Below are positions 19,801 through 26,054 of a DNA stretch of 64,000 nt, one piece after another. Both the position numbers and the translations under genes were made by a program. The notes beneath the pieces are model-generated. The model did no database searches. It was not told the origin of the DNA and saw only the letters and a program-made list of their open reading frames with translations. Origin of the DNA: an uncultured virus (IMG/VR IMGVR_UViG_3300044630_006877) (taxonomy: Duplodnaviria; Heunggongvirae; Uroviricota; Caudoviricetes); IMG/VR virus record IMGVR_UViG_3300044630_006877. One strand, given 5' to 3'. How positions within the stretch are numbered: the stretch's first letter is position 1; each line of letters opens with the position of its first letter.

Positions 19801-22800
19801 GCCGGAAAAATTCACTCCGCGACGCCCACTGGCGTCTTTGGTTGTGATCGCCCTGATACCACTTAGCTTTTCCTTTTCTTCGTCGATGACCTTGTTGGCT
19901 TCTGATATATTTTCAGCAGCGGCGCGACCGATGCTGACAAGTTCACGATTTAGTTTTTTCAGAAGGGGTTCTACCGCATCGGAAATCTTGTATTGGCCAT
20001 TATCGATGTCGTAAATTGCGTTTGAATCAATTCCTTCATTTTTGGCGACTCGCTGTTTGACCGCATCCATCTTTTGAAGGACTTCGTCTCGCTGATTTTT
20101 GACGACCGGATCGTAGTCCGCCCTTTCTTTCAGGCTATTGGCTCGATTGGCATAAACATCCAATCGCTTCATGTCGGAAATGCGAGAGCTAGCTTGATTT
20201 TTAATGCCACTTTCGGCTTCGACGGTATCCTGAGCTTTGCGCATGGATTCTGCGCTAGAAAGAATATCACTGGCCCTTTTAGCGCTTTCAATTCTAGCGT
20301 CATTTGGAGATATGTCAGGTTTGTTAGCTGATATTTTTCTAAAGATGCTCTTTTCTAGGGCTTCAGCTCCACCAAGTGATTTACTGCTGGACATATCAGA
20401 CAAAAGATTAATGGTGTCTTGACTATTTAGTTTTTCGCGATTCATGGCGGTCGATGGATCATTGACGCCTAGATCATGGTGCCATTGTTTTCTTGGGTCA
20501 GGGCCTGAATTATCAATGCCGAGCGCGCTTGATCGATCAAGGATTGAGACTGGTGTCGTGGCAGGAGTTGATGCTGGGGTTTTAGAAGACCCTGGCGCTG
20601 GGGGTGTTACCCCGGCAGCGGCGTAGATGTCGGCCTTCAGCAAGGCTCCACCTTTGCCGCTACCAGTGATCGCATTGATATCAACGCCCAAGCTTTGCGC
20701 TAAACTTTGAATTGTTTTGTTGACAAACCTTTTTTTCTGCGGTGCTGTTGGCGACGACACAGAAGGCGTTGTGGGTGGTGGTGGTGGTGGTGGTATAGTT
20801 GCAGGCAATGGGTGGGGTGCAACCATTGTCAACGGCATTTTGACGGATGGCTTTGTGGGCGAGGGCGCTGGGGGTTTCTGTGCGGGCAGTGGCGCCATTT
20901 GCAAAGGCATTCTTGCGGGCTTAGGCGCCGTGGGCAAATCATCATCACGCAAGTTAAGGTCATCACCAAGCGAGAATGTCGGCGGTGACATTACAATATT
21001 ACCATGATCATCAAGCTCAAATTCAGCATATTGATTTTGAATTTCTTTAATCTCACGCTCGAGATCTTCGATTGATTTATCCGGATATCGGTCGCCAAAC
21101 GGGCTGCCACTGCCGCTGGATATCGGCGGTGTTGACGGTGGTGGCAGTTGTGGTTTGCCTGGCCTGGCGCCTTGCCTGCGGGGCTTTCTCGGAGAAACAG
21201 AAGGTTTGGAACCTTCATCCAAGTCGATCTCAATAAGACTGGCTACCTCTTTCCTAAAAGTTGCTTCAAGTTCTTGGGTTTGTTTATAGAATTGAGCGCG
21301 CTGTTTACTCGGAAGACTTGACCCCACGGTTTTTGTGAATTGGCTGTTGCCAGAAACGCCACCCTCCATAACACGAGCCAAAATTTCATCTGGGCTAGTG
21401 TAGTATTTAAGTGCTTCTTCCTTATCTCCACTTGAATGCTGGAGATATCCTTTTTCTACAGCCTTTCTTACATAGGACTGTAATAGCCTGGCTGCTTTAT
21501 TCGTCTGTGAGTTTTCGTTCTCACTTAAGAACTTGCTTCCGATGTCGCCTTTGTTCGCGCCCGGAAATCTTAATCCGGCCTGTCGATCAAGCAGATGAAT
21601 GATTTCATGCCCAAGAGTATTTATCTGACCAGTCTTGCTTTGATTAGCAAACGACATATCGGTCAAAGCGACCCTGTTACCCCTGGATCTTGAGTGAACG
21701 TACCCGTAGCTATCCTCTGATGGCATAGCGATTGTTCTTGAGCCTTTAATATCCGGCAAAATCGCCATCAGGTCTTGAAGGCCATGTTTTTCGATGGCTT
21801 GTTTTTCCATTTTGTTTAATAGATTGCGTACTTTTGGGTCCTTGTTTATATCAGCCGTAGCTTTTAAATTCGCGCCGACGTCATCGCTCATTGACATCGA
21901 AGACAATTTTCGTCTAGCCTTAGAATCATCATCTAGACCAATCATTTTTTTAAAAAAATCACCAATGCTAGAACCAGACTTAGGCTGTGTTCCATCGGCG
22001 AACTTTTCGAGGCTGCCACTATTAACAGAATTGAGGGTTGAAGAACCGATACTGGAGACTTGAGCGGGGGTGAAAATAAACTCGCCCGGCATCACCATGG
22101 CGGAAACCTTGCCGCCCCTGGCGTAGCCATTAGCGAGCGTGGACATGGCTTCGCGCCCATATTTGGCCACCGACGACTTGCGGACGACAAAAGATCCTGG
22201 TTGCAGATCTACCGGGACACTGTCGGTATTACCAGAGCCTGGAACAAGACCACCGGTAGCGAACTTCTTCTTGCCGGGAATTTGGGTGACGCCAGACGCC
22301 GCCTCCCGCAGAAATGGCGTGACGATAGAACCCAATTTGACCGCAGCAATCGCCGTCAGCAAAGGCAGGAGCGGGCGGGCTGCATCCAATACGCTGAGAA
22401 TACTCTTGGCCAAGCTCTCAAAACCCGAGAAGGCCCCCTTGAAGGTGTCGGTATTCATGACAGTACGGCCAAAAGCGGCGTAGCTCTCGCTCAACTTGGT
22501 CAACCTGTTGCCGTAGGAATCAGCGGCCTGGGCGGCATTTACCTGAAGGCTGACGCGTCCAGCCTCGGCGACCATCAAGGCCCGCTCGCTGACCGCGAAC
22601 TCCTTGAGCATCGGGATCACTTTGCCGATTTGCCGGTATCCGCCCAACTCCTCGCTGATGGAGGCAAACCGCGAGTCGCTTTCTGGGATTTGAGCCAGAG
22701 CTTGGGAGAGGCGATGAACAGCCTCGTAAGCACCGACGAACTGGTCGGTCAGCTTGATGTTGCCCATCTGCTCGGCTTCCGCTCTGGTGTAGCGAAGTTC

Positions 22801-23652
22801 GACGCCGATGCTCTTGAGCTGGCTGACCGTCTCGTTTCGTTGTAGGCGCGTGAAAATGGTTCGCAGGCCTGTGGAGATGCTTTCAGCCGATTCGCGGGTT
22901 GTCTGACGAACAGAGGTGAAGATAGCCATCAATTCATTGAGATCACCACCGCTGGCCTTGAACGCGCCGCCCGTGCGGCGAACCACCTCGATCAAGTCGC
23001 CGGCTTCAACGGCGAACTCGCCAGCCACCGCATTCATCGAACCCAGAGCCTGCTCCAGATCCTTGCTTTCGATCTTGAACTGATTCATCACCGCAATGGC
23101 GCCTTCGGTCGTTTGGGCCATTGAGTCAAAGTTGGGGGCTAGGGCAGACTTGGCAAGAGCCTCCAGCGCTATTCTTGTTTCATCGATTGAAAGGTTCGCC
23201 TGCTTCAGTACCACGGCGGTTTTGATCAACTCTTGGCTGGAAACACCAAAGCCAACAGACAACCGAGTCACTTCGGCAGCAATGGATTTGACCTCGCCGC
23301 CGACATCCATGGAGACCTGGCGCAGGCGCAACATCTCCTTGTCAAACGACAAGGCTTCGCTGGCGGCGCTACGGAAAGCCGAACCGAGCGCCATAACGGG
23401 ACCGGCAGCCAGACTGAAAGCGGCAAAACGCTTGAGGGCCAAACCGGACTGTTGCGCAAATTTAAGAACGGACGAATTGACGGTGTCGAGCTGGCTGCTC
23501 AATGATTTAATAGAAGCCGTATCGGCTTTAACCGGAATATTGACAGCGCCGACGCCAGAGCTGCGCAATCCAGAATTGATTTCACTTGCTATATTGCGAA
23601 TAGCACCTGAAGCAAGACGTAGATTAAGCTGTCCAGTTATATCAAATGCCAT
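10876..23652 (-). CDS. tape measure protein (4258 aa) with inserted cargo domains
   Basis: TP901-type TMP core at the N-terminus, Gly-rich hydrophobic segment ~17990-18260, position after tube and chaperones; start re-called to MAFDITGQ (ATG 23652). Confidence 0.9.
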   Translation of the reverse strand: MAFDITGQLNLRLASGAIRNIASEINSGLRSSGVGAVNIPVKADTASIKSLSSQLDTVNSSVLKFAQQSGLALKRFAAFSLAAGPVMALGSAFRSAASEALSFDKEMLRLRQVSMDVGGEVKSIAAEVTRLSVGFGVSSQELIKTAVVLKQANLSIDETRIALEALAKSALAPNFDSMAQTTEGAIAVMNQFKIESKDLEQALGSMNAVAGEFAVEAGDLIEVVRRTGGAFKASGGDLNELMAIFTSVRQTTRESAESISTGLRTIFTRLQRNETVSQLKSIGVELRYTRAEAEQMGNIKLTDQFVGAYEAVHRLSQALAQIPESDSRFASISEELGGYRQIGKVIPMLKEFAVSERALMVAEAGRVSLQVNAAQAADSYGNRLTKLSESYAAFGRTVMNTDTFKGAFSGFESLAKSILSVLDAARPLLPLLTAIAAVKLGSIVTPFLREAASGVTQIPGKKKFATGGLVPGSGNTDSVPVDLQPGSFVVRKSSVAKYGREAMSTLANGYARGGKVSAMVMPGEFIFTPAQVSSIGSSTLNSVNSGSLEKFADGTQPKSGSSIGDFFKKMIGLDDDSKARRKLSSMSMSDDVGANLKATADINKDPKVRNLLNKMEKQAIEKHGLQDLMAILPDIKGSRTIAMPSEDSYGYVHSRSRGNRVALTDMSFANQSKTGQINTLGHEIIHLLDRQAGLRFPGANKGDIGSKFLSENENSQTNKAARLLQSYVRKAVEKGYLQHSSGDKEEALKYYTSPDEILARVMEGGVSGNSQFTKTVGSSLPSKQRAQFYKQTQELEATFRKEVASLIEIDLDEGSKPSVSPRKPRRQGARPGKPQLPPPSTPPISSGSGSPFGDRYPDKSIEDLEREIKEIQNQYAEFELDDHGNIVMSPPTFSLGDDLNLRDDDLPTAPKPARMPLQMAPLPAQKPPAPSPTKPSVKMPLTMVAPHPLPATIPPPPPPPTTPSVSSPTAPQKKRFVNKTIQSLAQSLGVDINAITGSGKGGALLKADIYAAAGVTPPAPGSSKTPASTPATTPVSILDRSSALGIDNSGPDPRKQWHHDLGVNDPSTAMNREKLNSQDTINLLSDMSSSKSLGGAEALEKSIFRKISANKPDISPNDARIESAKRASDILSSAESMRKAQDTVEAESGIKNQASSRISDMKRLDVYANRANSLKERADYDPVVKNQRDEVLQKMDAVKQRVAKNEGIDSNAIYDIDNGQYKISDAVEPLLKKLNRELVSIGRAAAENISEANKVIDEEKEKLSGIRAITTKDASGRRGVNFSGIDVGMNPAAPSKQITSPNGVVLNNTRDYGRELNDIAKNKNKVGFGASVTEELKQEDFANLLGDMSKNRDTKKLLQKSIYESLQSTRPDLDVGERRRLAKEQSNNIFDKANNFKNTKDEQFKSQALQSEYSLRSDSIKNLPAIVDKVNSLKELSRLDPSVGPELKKTMDQLKETVKTINSATGLEEKQYLSDENGKFSIRDAAKESLSRGMTQNQLMAETYGKQAKEAGKNAEVQLKDFDGMNASFIKDDVGRKGIRFGGDAGRYGAGPPEAPPGLPSGGLTLAQLRQNRISDSMAKIDPIGGGRGLSEITKAAMIEEETNKLRREYADGMAQIIMTERKINSLEAARAIATEEFNKNLHNHTLVMTKTDSLGNKVVDANVANRSSRPPSGSYGDLVATEYESIIKKKDPKGMGLSDVSKRRAMEEAEINIKNQYLTTISSQVQKARQLTSMDDALIIAEEMRIKAIDENTKVVRKGNKIYDKGLLDSGVTGKSSIGDIVKTTFESLKKTFLNLDMAIAGISVAGAYIGDAVSRSAGNAEDAARGGEDGSFVDKKGLGGAISGIGTGIGSGAFAGHSIGGPDSKAPMILGALGGVVGGLAGFVSALKDAEIEVSNVKIGESIKKIDEYLMNFAKGTVNFNAGYLRDQESIVDKEQPLKAANQLSTFYMPLYSNRELQDSVFSARKETAAQQVPARMDALSKIIEDRAKKEIGNGANMNEESRKKAFDDVLMENGGFGRAQLGQIASATGQDINLVRGKMLDMFKRIADNEAIRNKQEQSSSKINQSAVLFGNLSTALEISTQKLMEMSTASKNVTDVMDSNIGPFMGSGLASSLRQPFGAGREDFVNAIKTITDITGNNDDVVKQAETATMAGTLLPGIIAVIRSQPVANLARGENFGIQVGDTLQKALTAKGMDAGVSSSVVGMVQSQLGEEDFSKMLRESGQDMTKMVDTLLKPIVEPLTRNSEKMSKLMDDRAKDFADQIADMARRTRQKGEMMDAANDAEIAAVRNGVQISAKRGQVPESAAETDIFNLALRQQQLRQNRLTNFGNGNAFPNQQAVADAQNPDMIFDALQGVVAKIKKAERNVDELSKGKNINASNQAITELANLKGRAADLNQALKNLTDTSERNAAAQEKLGKIQNEREGRQSLGMRYATSNIEGRAEIAKAFGLLSSAAKMGTAAPFTARDQNQIFSLLSSLSPQMRLQGLGGATVKDITSQLLDTTFGGAFSLDPQTAAMERALENFVQQNYEVASRAAQLQVDNQTNLMSELFGRLENSQTKFLSELAKINKETAELMKQTLILRASEEVSKLEKGGGELSMLGNIGIKDNEQFEVLKALVKNPKINADLKQVVAKRNEAAGLDATLKEISTPEMLDLFSQNINRDIGGQDLGTVGGTSMGVVLRRLEDMGLSGDLQKEVFERFKINLGEKGGGKFKDRTNDVQEALRVTLKDVISGRANTARVMSDISERKLLNNGGAKIDPKILNNIAMESEKAFGKSNFADLETAIKAVETFGGKFEDFGKQLEAAKDKLKKLAEPEKKANGGLVRFFNKGGWGSGGSTTPHGADTVNARINPNEFVVAAGPAQRNKNLLEKINGGGLVGMADGGIVDEIYGNLNNAKSILSRQGKMIGGEKEINEAKRLARINSAAMFLVQLKDMPKDQREKLIDEQIKTLKDGPQNPFQEGIVDALNNIKEKRELQKSYEKETKEFQEKKNAPAYQNLLPDAEKIHDAVKARAVALSLTGAERIGNEEKIIQEIPDIRQKLAGRFNLNHENYRDSNQAILIGTGDSVLSQSLIKINKDRYDHFFGDKLDKNIPDSVFAQFRTVDGITYTTNEIEEFRNDPRKKRNVKGQKRNKAQIIKDIYSGNIEKHFEKNAWQSGINSLSPTKQEFMADTNEAFKAIRNKTLIPPIAFDYEESIKGVINAQLEEVKKEKEKNFGMVKAKEEIEKKVNDRRIKVFSTPQDQLSKAVGAINPMELGRKDMLGVIKAQNLAREAELFNQLNPALQAKYLEPLKASIRENGLDINQKEQFNFPRFAEDGNLTSEEIAIYARDKNKFSLLQRAYLEVMMEKVSEGKKPGNLNEAEKYAYLISLESQAKTKAYDQVQDKKNRAGLNRMGQFLSANPGLINARMSAAEEKGAEAYANEAALIEMVMSHFGTPTKIPGVFAVFKDKNLTGGKPADAGVQPKKPGIFDANEAGEMGGGKEKKANGGLIKFASGGLVPGVGNTDSVRANLPVGSYVIRKSSVNKLGADTLASLPHMATGGVVPAMVMPGEHIFTPDESSKIGKGKLDYINQNGKLPGYFYGGDVPGGQPGGKKVNAQGAAVFGGGVPNQNGQWVFMPNGANPWAAGMPINQGAMQNKAMPFGANANAGAIPLHAGPQNQMGVEQEFQQAMGANKIDLDRFALADKKTEYYQLRNKLTKSRVRSKEDIAKFRELHAELTNPFVVQADAAQRMLSAQEALAKFQESPKDFLEAAKRHRQVMNNPKANYKDRLLAKEMYEEYVLAARSIPPQALRAAMIEEKKPANNEIIEREWQEKRIAVQAHNRRVNDSVIKNGPEAVAEHNTAMEKKYGKKPTGPEAVSEHNAKMKEKYGEKISGPEAVKEHNAKVRAAEKARLEDIDKNKFGTKKESELTAVDKAIKEARGLKYAEKKQAEGPNVKYSWLPKYQGPELHRVHAERSYAKGDGAPVDLTGYNKLLESKFSDRIIDEPGISDKEKFIREYLASNADFESDDPVKRSKFAMGRPTQIDKEIRRQKELNEAQKPGLTGADIAIAEERARKEAERQKTQDQGGTEIDKAIRAARMRQSAEANLTKKAAGGIVPGIGSGDTVPAMLEPGELVVPKKHVQKFANGGVVGGIQGFANGGMAQGGGPELLDVAAKFNQAATQISQGLSGFSTSVSTFNGAVASFGTFVDKFDEAVGKIPGQIELSGANEISVNLMGQDSIVKAVTEAIGPMIAEAIRANQPVEQRSQ
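11965..12135 (-). repeat. three tandem 21-aa repeats (GPEAVxEHN...KYG) in TMP
   Basis: GPEAVAEHNTAMEKKYG / GPEAVSEHNAKMKEKYG / GPEAVKEHNAKV. Confidence 0.85.
19025..20430 (-). repeat. two diverged ~210-aa tandem repeats in TMP
   Basis: Both copies share NLLxDMS..KSI..PD..NSLKE..DPxV..NG..IxDA..KDxxGRxGxxFxG. Confidence 0.7.
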
Positions 23653-23663
23653 ATTAACCCCGC

Positions 23664-23713
23664 GAAATAAAAGGACGGTGGTCCCCACTCACAAAGAGCA
23701 AAGACCACCGCCC
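23664..23713 (-). terminator. long hairpin + U tract immediately upstream of the TMP gene
   Basis: Minus strand GGGCGGTGGTCTTTGCTC-TTTGT-GAGTGGGGACCACCGTCC-TTTTATTT. Confidence 0.75.
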
Positions 23714-23740
23714 GCATAAGCCTGTCCGGTTCAACAGAAA

Positions 23741-24565
23741 TTACACCGAGGGGACAGCCTCGGGAGCACTAACAATCGGGTTTCCTTCGTCATCCAAAAA
23801 GGGCTTTTCGTCGACGATAAAATTGCCTTCCGTATCGACCAAAGCGCCCTCGCGGTCGACAAACTGTCCCGCCTCGTTGATGTATCGACCGTTCTCGTCC
23901 ACCAGTCGGCCATCGGCATCAACCTTGCGCCCCTGCTTGTCCACAAGATGCAGACTTTCGTCGGCGAACTTGTACTTGAGCAGGAACTGATTCTCGGGGA
24001 GCTTATTCTCATAATCATCCTCGAGGTTGTAGATGATTTTGGCCAAGGCGCTGGCGGCGGGGCCGATAACGGGATCATCTTCTTTGGTCAAATACTCTTC
24101 ATGGGACTTGAAATAGGGTTTGCCGTCGTTGGCGTGGACGGTGCAAGCCGAAACCCAGTAATTGAACTGGGCGTTGTCTGCCTGAGCCTCGGCGGAATTG
24201 TTGTCCAGGCTCATGCGCTCGGAATTGAAACCGCGTAGTTCAGCGCGATCCCGGCGAAGCTGGATGGCCAGATCACGGGCTTCTGACAGCTTGATGCCGC
24301 CCGACCGGACCTTGCGTTCCTTTTCGCCGATAGCGGCCTGTAGCTTGCGCAGATCGGCCTCCTTCTGATCGTCCCAAAGCTTTTGCTCACGCATGACGCT
24401 TTCGATCTTGGCCCGGAGTATGGCTCCGGATTCGACCGCTTCACGGAAAGCCCTGTTGTAGACTTTCTGTGCTTCCTGGCGCTGTTTGGCATTGGGACGA
24501 AGAACAGCCAGTTCTACTTCCTTGCCACCGATCTCAACCTTGACAATCTTCTTGTTAGCGCTCAC
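23741..24565 (-). CDS. putative tail assembly chaperone with VDxxG repeats
   Basis: 274 aa, gene directly before the TMP; C-terminal 7-residue VDxxG repeats. Confidence 0.55.
   Translation of the reverse strand: MSANKKIVKVEIGGKEVELAVLRPNAKQRQEAQKVYNRAFREAVESGAILRAKIESVMREQKLWDDQKEADLRKLQAAIGEKERKVRSGGIKLSEARDLAIQLRRDRAELRGFNSERMSLDNNSAEAQADNAQFNYWVSACTVHANDGKPYFKSHEEYLTKEDDPVIGPAASALAKIIYNLEDDYENKLPENQFLLKYKFADESLHLVDKQGRKVDADGRLVDENGRYINEAGQFVDREGALVDTEGNFIVDEKPFLDDEGNPIVSAPEAVPSV
23742..23747 (-). promoter_or_regulatory. putative late-promoter box GGTGTA
   Basis: CGGTGTAATTTCT, same 13-nt context as the box at 2922; overlaps the upstream stop codon. Confidence 0.6.
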
Positions 24566-24930
24566 GATTCATCCTCCACGGGTAGGGTCTTCTGACAACG
24601 GTTCCAGCTAACCGTGTATTGGGCCAGTTCTGATTCGACGGCACGCAGCTGGGCGTTGCCGTTGTTCAGGATAGAGGAGCGACAGGTTTCCCAAATCTGC
24701 TTCCATTTTTCCCTAGCTGCTTCCCGCTGTTCCGGTGTGCCGTTGCGGCCCCACAACTCACCGAAGCTTTGTTCCACGGCGCTTAAGGCACCGATGAAAG
24801 CGGTTCGCATTTTTGTGGCGAGAATCCTCTGAAGACGAGCGCGTGAATTGCGTTCGTGATTCTTGAGAGCGTCCTCGTCCGTTCGACGGGCTGCATCCGC
24901 AGCAGCCTCCATTTGGTTATAAGCATCCAC
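24562..24930 (-). CDS. hypothetical protein (tail assembly region)
   Basis: 122 aa, GTG start with AGGAGG RBS, coupled to the next gene. Confidence 0.65.
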   Translation of the reverse strand: MDAYNQMEAAADAARRTDEDALKNHERNSRARLQRILATKMRTAFIGALSAVEQSFGELWGRNGTPEQREAAREKWKQIWETCRSSILNNGNAQLRAVESELAQYTVSWNRCQKTLPVEDES

Positions 24931-24941
24931 AGGGGTCCTCC

Positions 24942-25985
24942 TTACTGGCCCGGCATGGTCTTTTGAGCCATCATCATGATTTCCCGACGAGAATCGGGCA
25001 TGTGTTGCTCTTCAACCTCACCCTTTTTGGCGATGTGAGCCAGTCTCTCTCTTTTAATCGCCGCGGCCTGGGGACTGTTCAAAGATTCAATATTTTGCAA
25101 GTCCTCGTCCGTCTCGGCGACCAGGAAAATTTCGCCAGAATCCGGCAATTTCATGTTGGAAAGGGTGGATTCAGCTGTCGCCTCTTTCCGTTGGCGCTCT
25201 CGTTCGCGGCGCTGGACAATCAGCCAGCCGTCAAAGGCGTCGTCATCCTTCAGGATGTCGTCGTGGGGAGGGTTTGGGTGTTCGGCGACATTGTCGTAAA
25301 GCTGAGACCAAGACAGCAGACCACGCTGCTCTTCGGTCAAATCGACGGCGCACTTGCCAAAAATATCCAGGCAACCGCCTTTGCAATTCCAGACCGAGCG
25401 CCACTGATCGGAGCGGGCGATGGCCCGCGTGACAGACTCAAATATCTGGGCTTCGGAATAAGCCGTGACCGCTTCGTCCAGCAGCGAATCGTTGCCCTTG
25501 TAGAAGTCGTCGCCCTTCCAGACACGCTTGCCCTTGTCGTCGAGCAGGCCGCTGCCGACCAGATAGCGAGTGCGCGCCACCTGGGCGAAACCGCTCGCGC
25601 CCATGGATGAATAAACATTTTTTTGGCTGTGGAGCGAGGACAACTCAATCCTGGCGACCTGGAGAGACTTGCGTGAAAAATCACGCTCCTTGGATTTAAA
25701 AAAGGCCTTGAAGAGGCCGACCTTCAGTTTTTCAATGTCTTTGTTGAGGGTCTCTATTTGTTTTTGGCGCTCGTCATCCCAAAGGCCGTTGGAGCGAAGA
25801 AGGGCGCCTATCTCGTCGTCGCTATAAAGCTCCTCGGACAACCCTTCGTTGAAGGCTTCCTGGTAGACTTGCTGGGCTTTGTAGCGGCGTAAACGACCAG
25901 GCTGGCGGATCAGGTACCGCTTGTCGTCGACGGAAAAACGCAGACAACCCGCAATGATACGGGCGATCAGAAGCTCAAAATCCAA
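24942..25985 (-). CDS. putative tail assembly chaperone
   Basis: Helical protein after the tail tube; start re-called to TTG 25985 (GGAGG RBS, downstream of the terminator hairpin). Confidence 0.55.
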   Translation of the reverse strand: MDFELLIARIIAGCLRFSVDDKRYLIRQPGRLRRYKAQQVYQEAFNEGLSEELYSDDEIGALLRSNGLWDDERQKQIETLNKDIEKLKVGLFKAFFKSKERDFSRKSLQVARIELSSLHSQKNVYSSMGASGFAQVARTRYLVGSGLLDDKGKRVWKGDDFYKGNDSLLDEAVTAYSEAQIFESVTRAIARSDQWRSVWNCKGGCLDIFGKCAVDLTEEQRGLLSWSQLYDNVAEHPNPPHDDILKDDDAFDGWLIVQRRERERQRKEATAESTLSNMKLPDSGEIFLVAETDEDLQNIESLNSPQAAAIKRERLAHIAKKGEVEEQHMPDSRREIMMMAQKTMPGQ

Positions 25986-26000
25986 GGCATCCTCCAAATA

Positions 26001-26028
26001 GAAGAGGGGGCCTTGCGGCCCCCCCTCC
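26001..26028 (-). terminator. intrinsic terminator after tail tube gene
   Basis: Minus strand GGGGGCC-GCAA-GGCCCCC followed by TCTTCTATTT. Confidence 0.8.
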
Positions 26029-26054
26029 GTCATCCTCTACTAACCAGTCAAGGC

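Noticed and set aside
23731..26033. Programmed -1 frameshift in the tail chaperone genes
   Set aside because: No in-frame canonical X XXY YYZ slippery site leading into a useful extension was found; the alternate ORF 23731-24078 ends only 10 nt past the normal stop.
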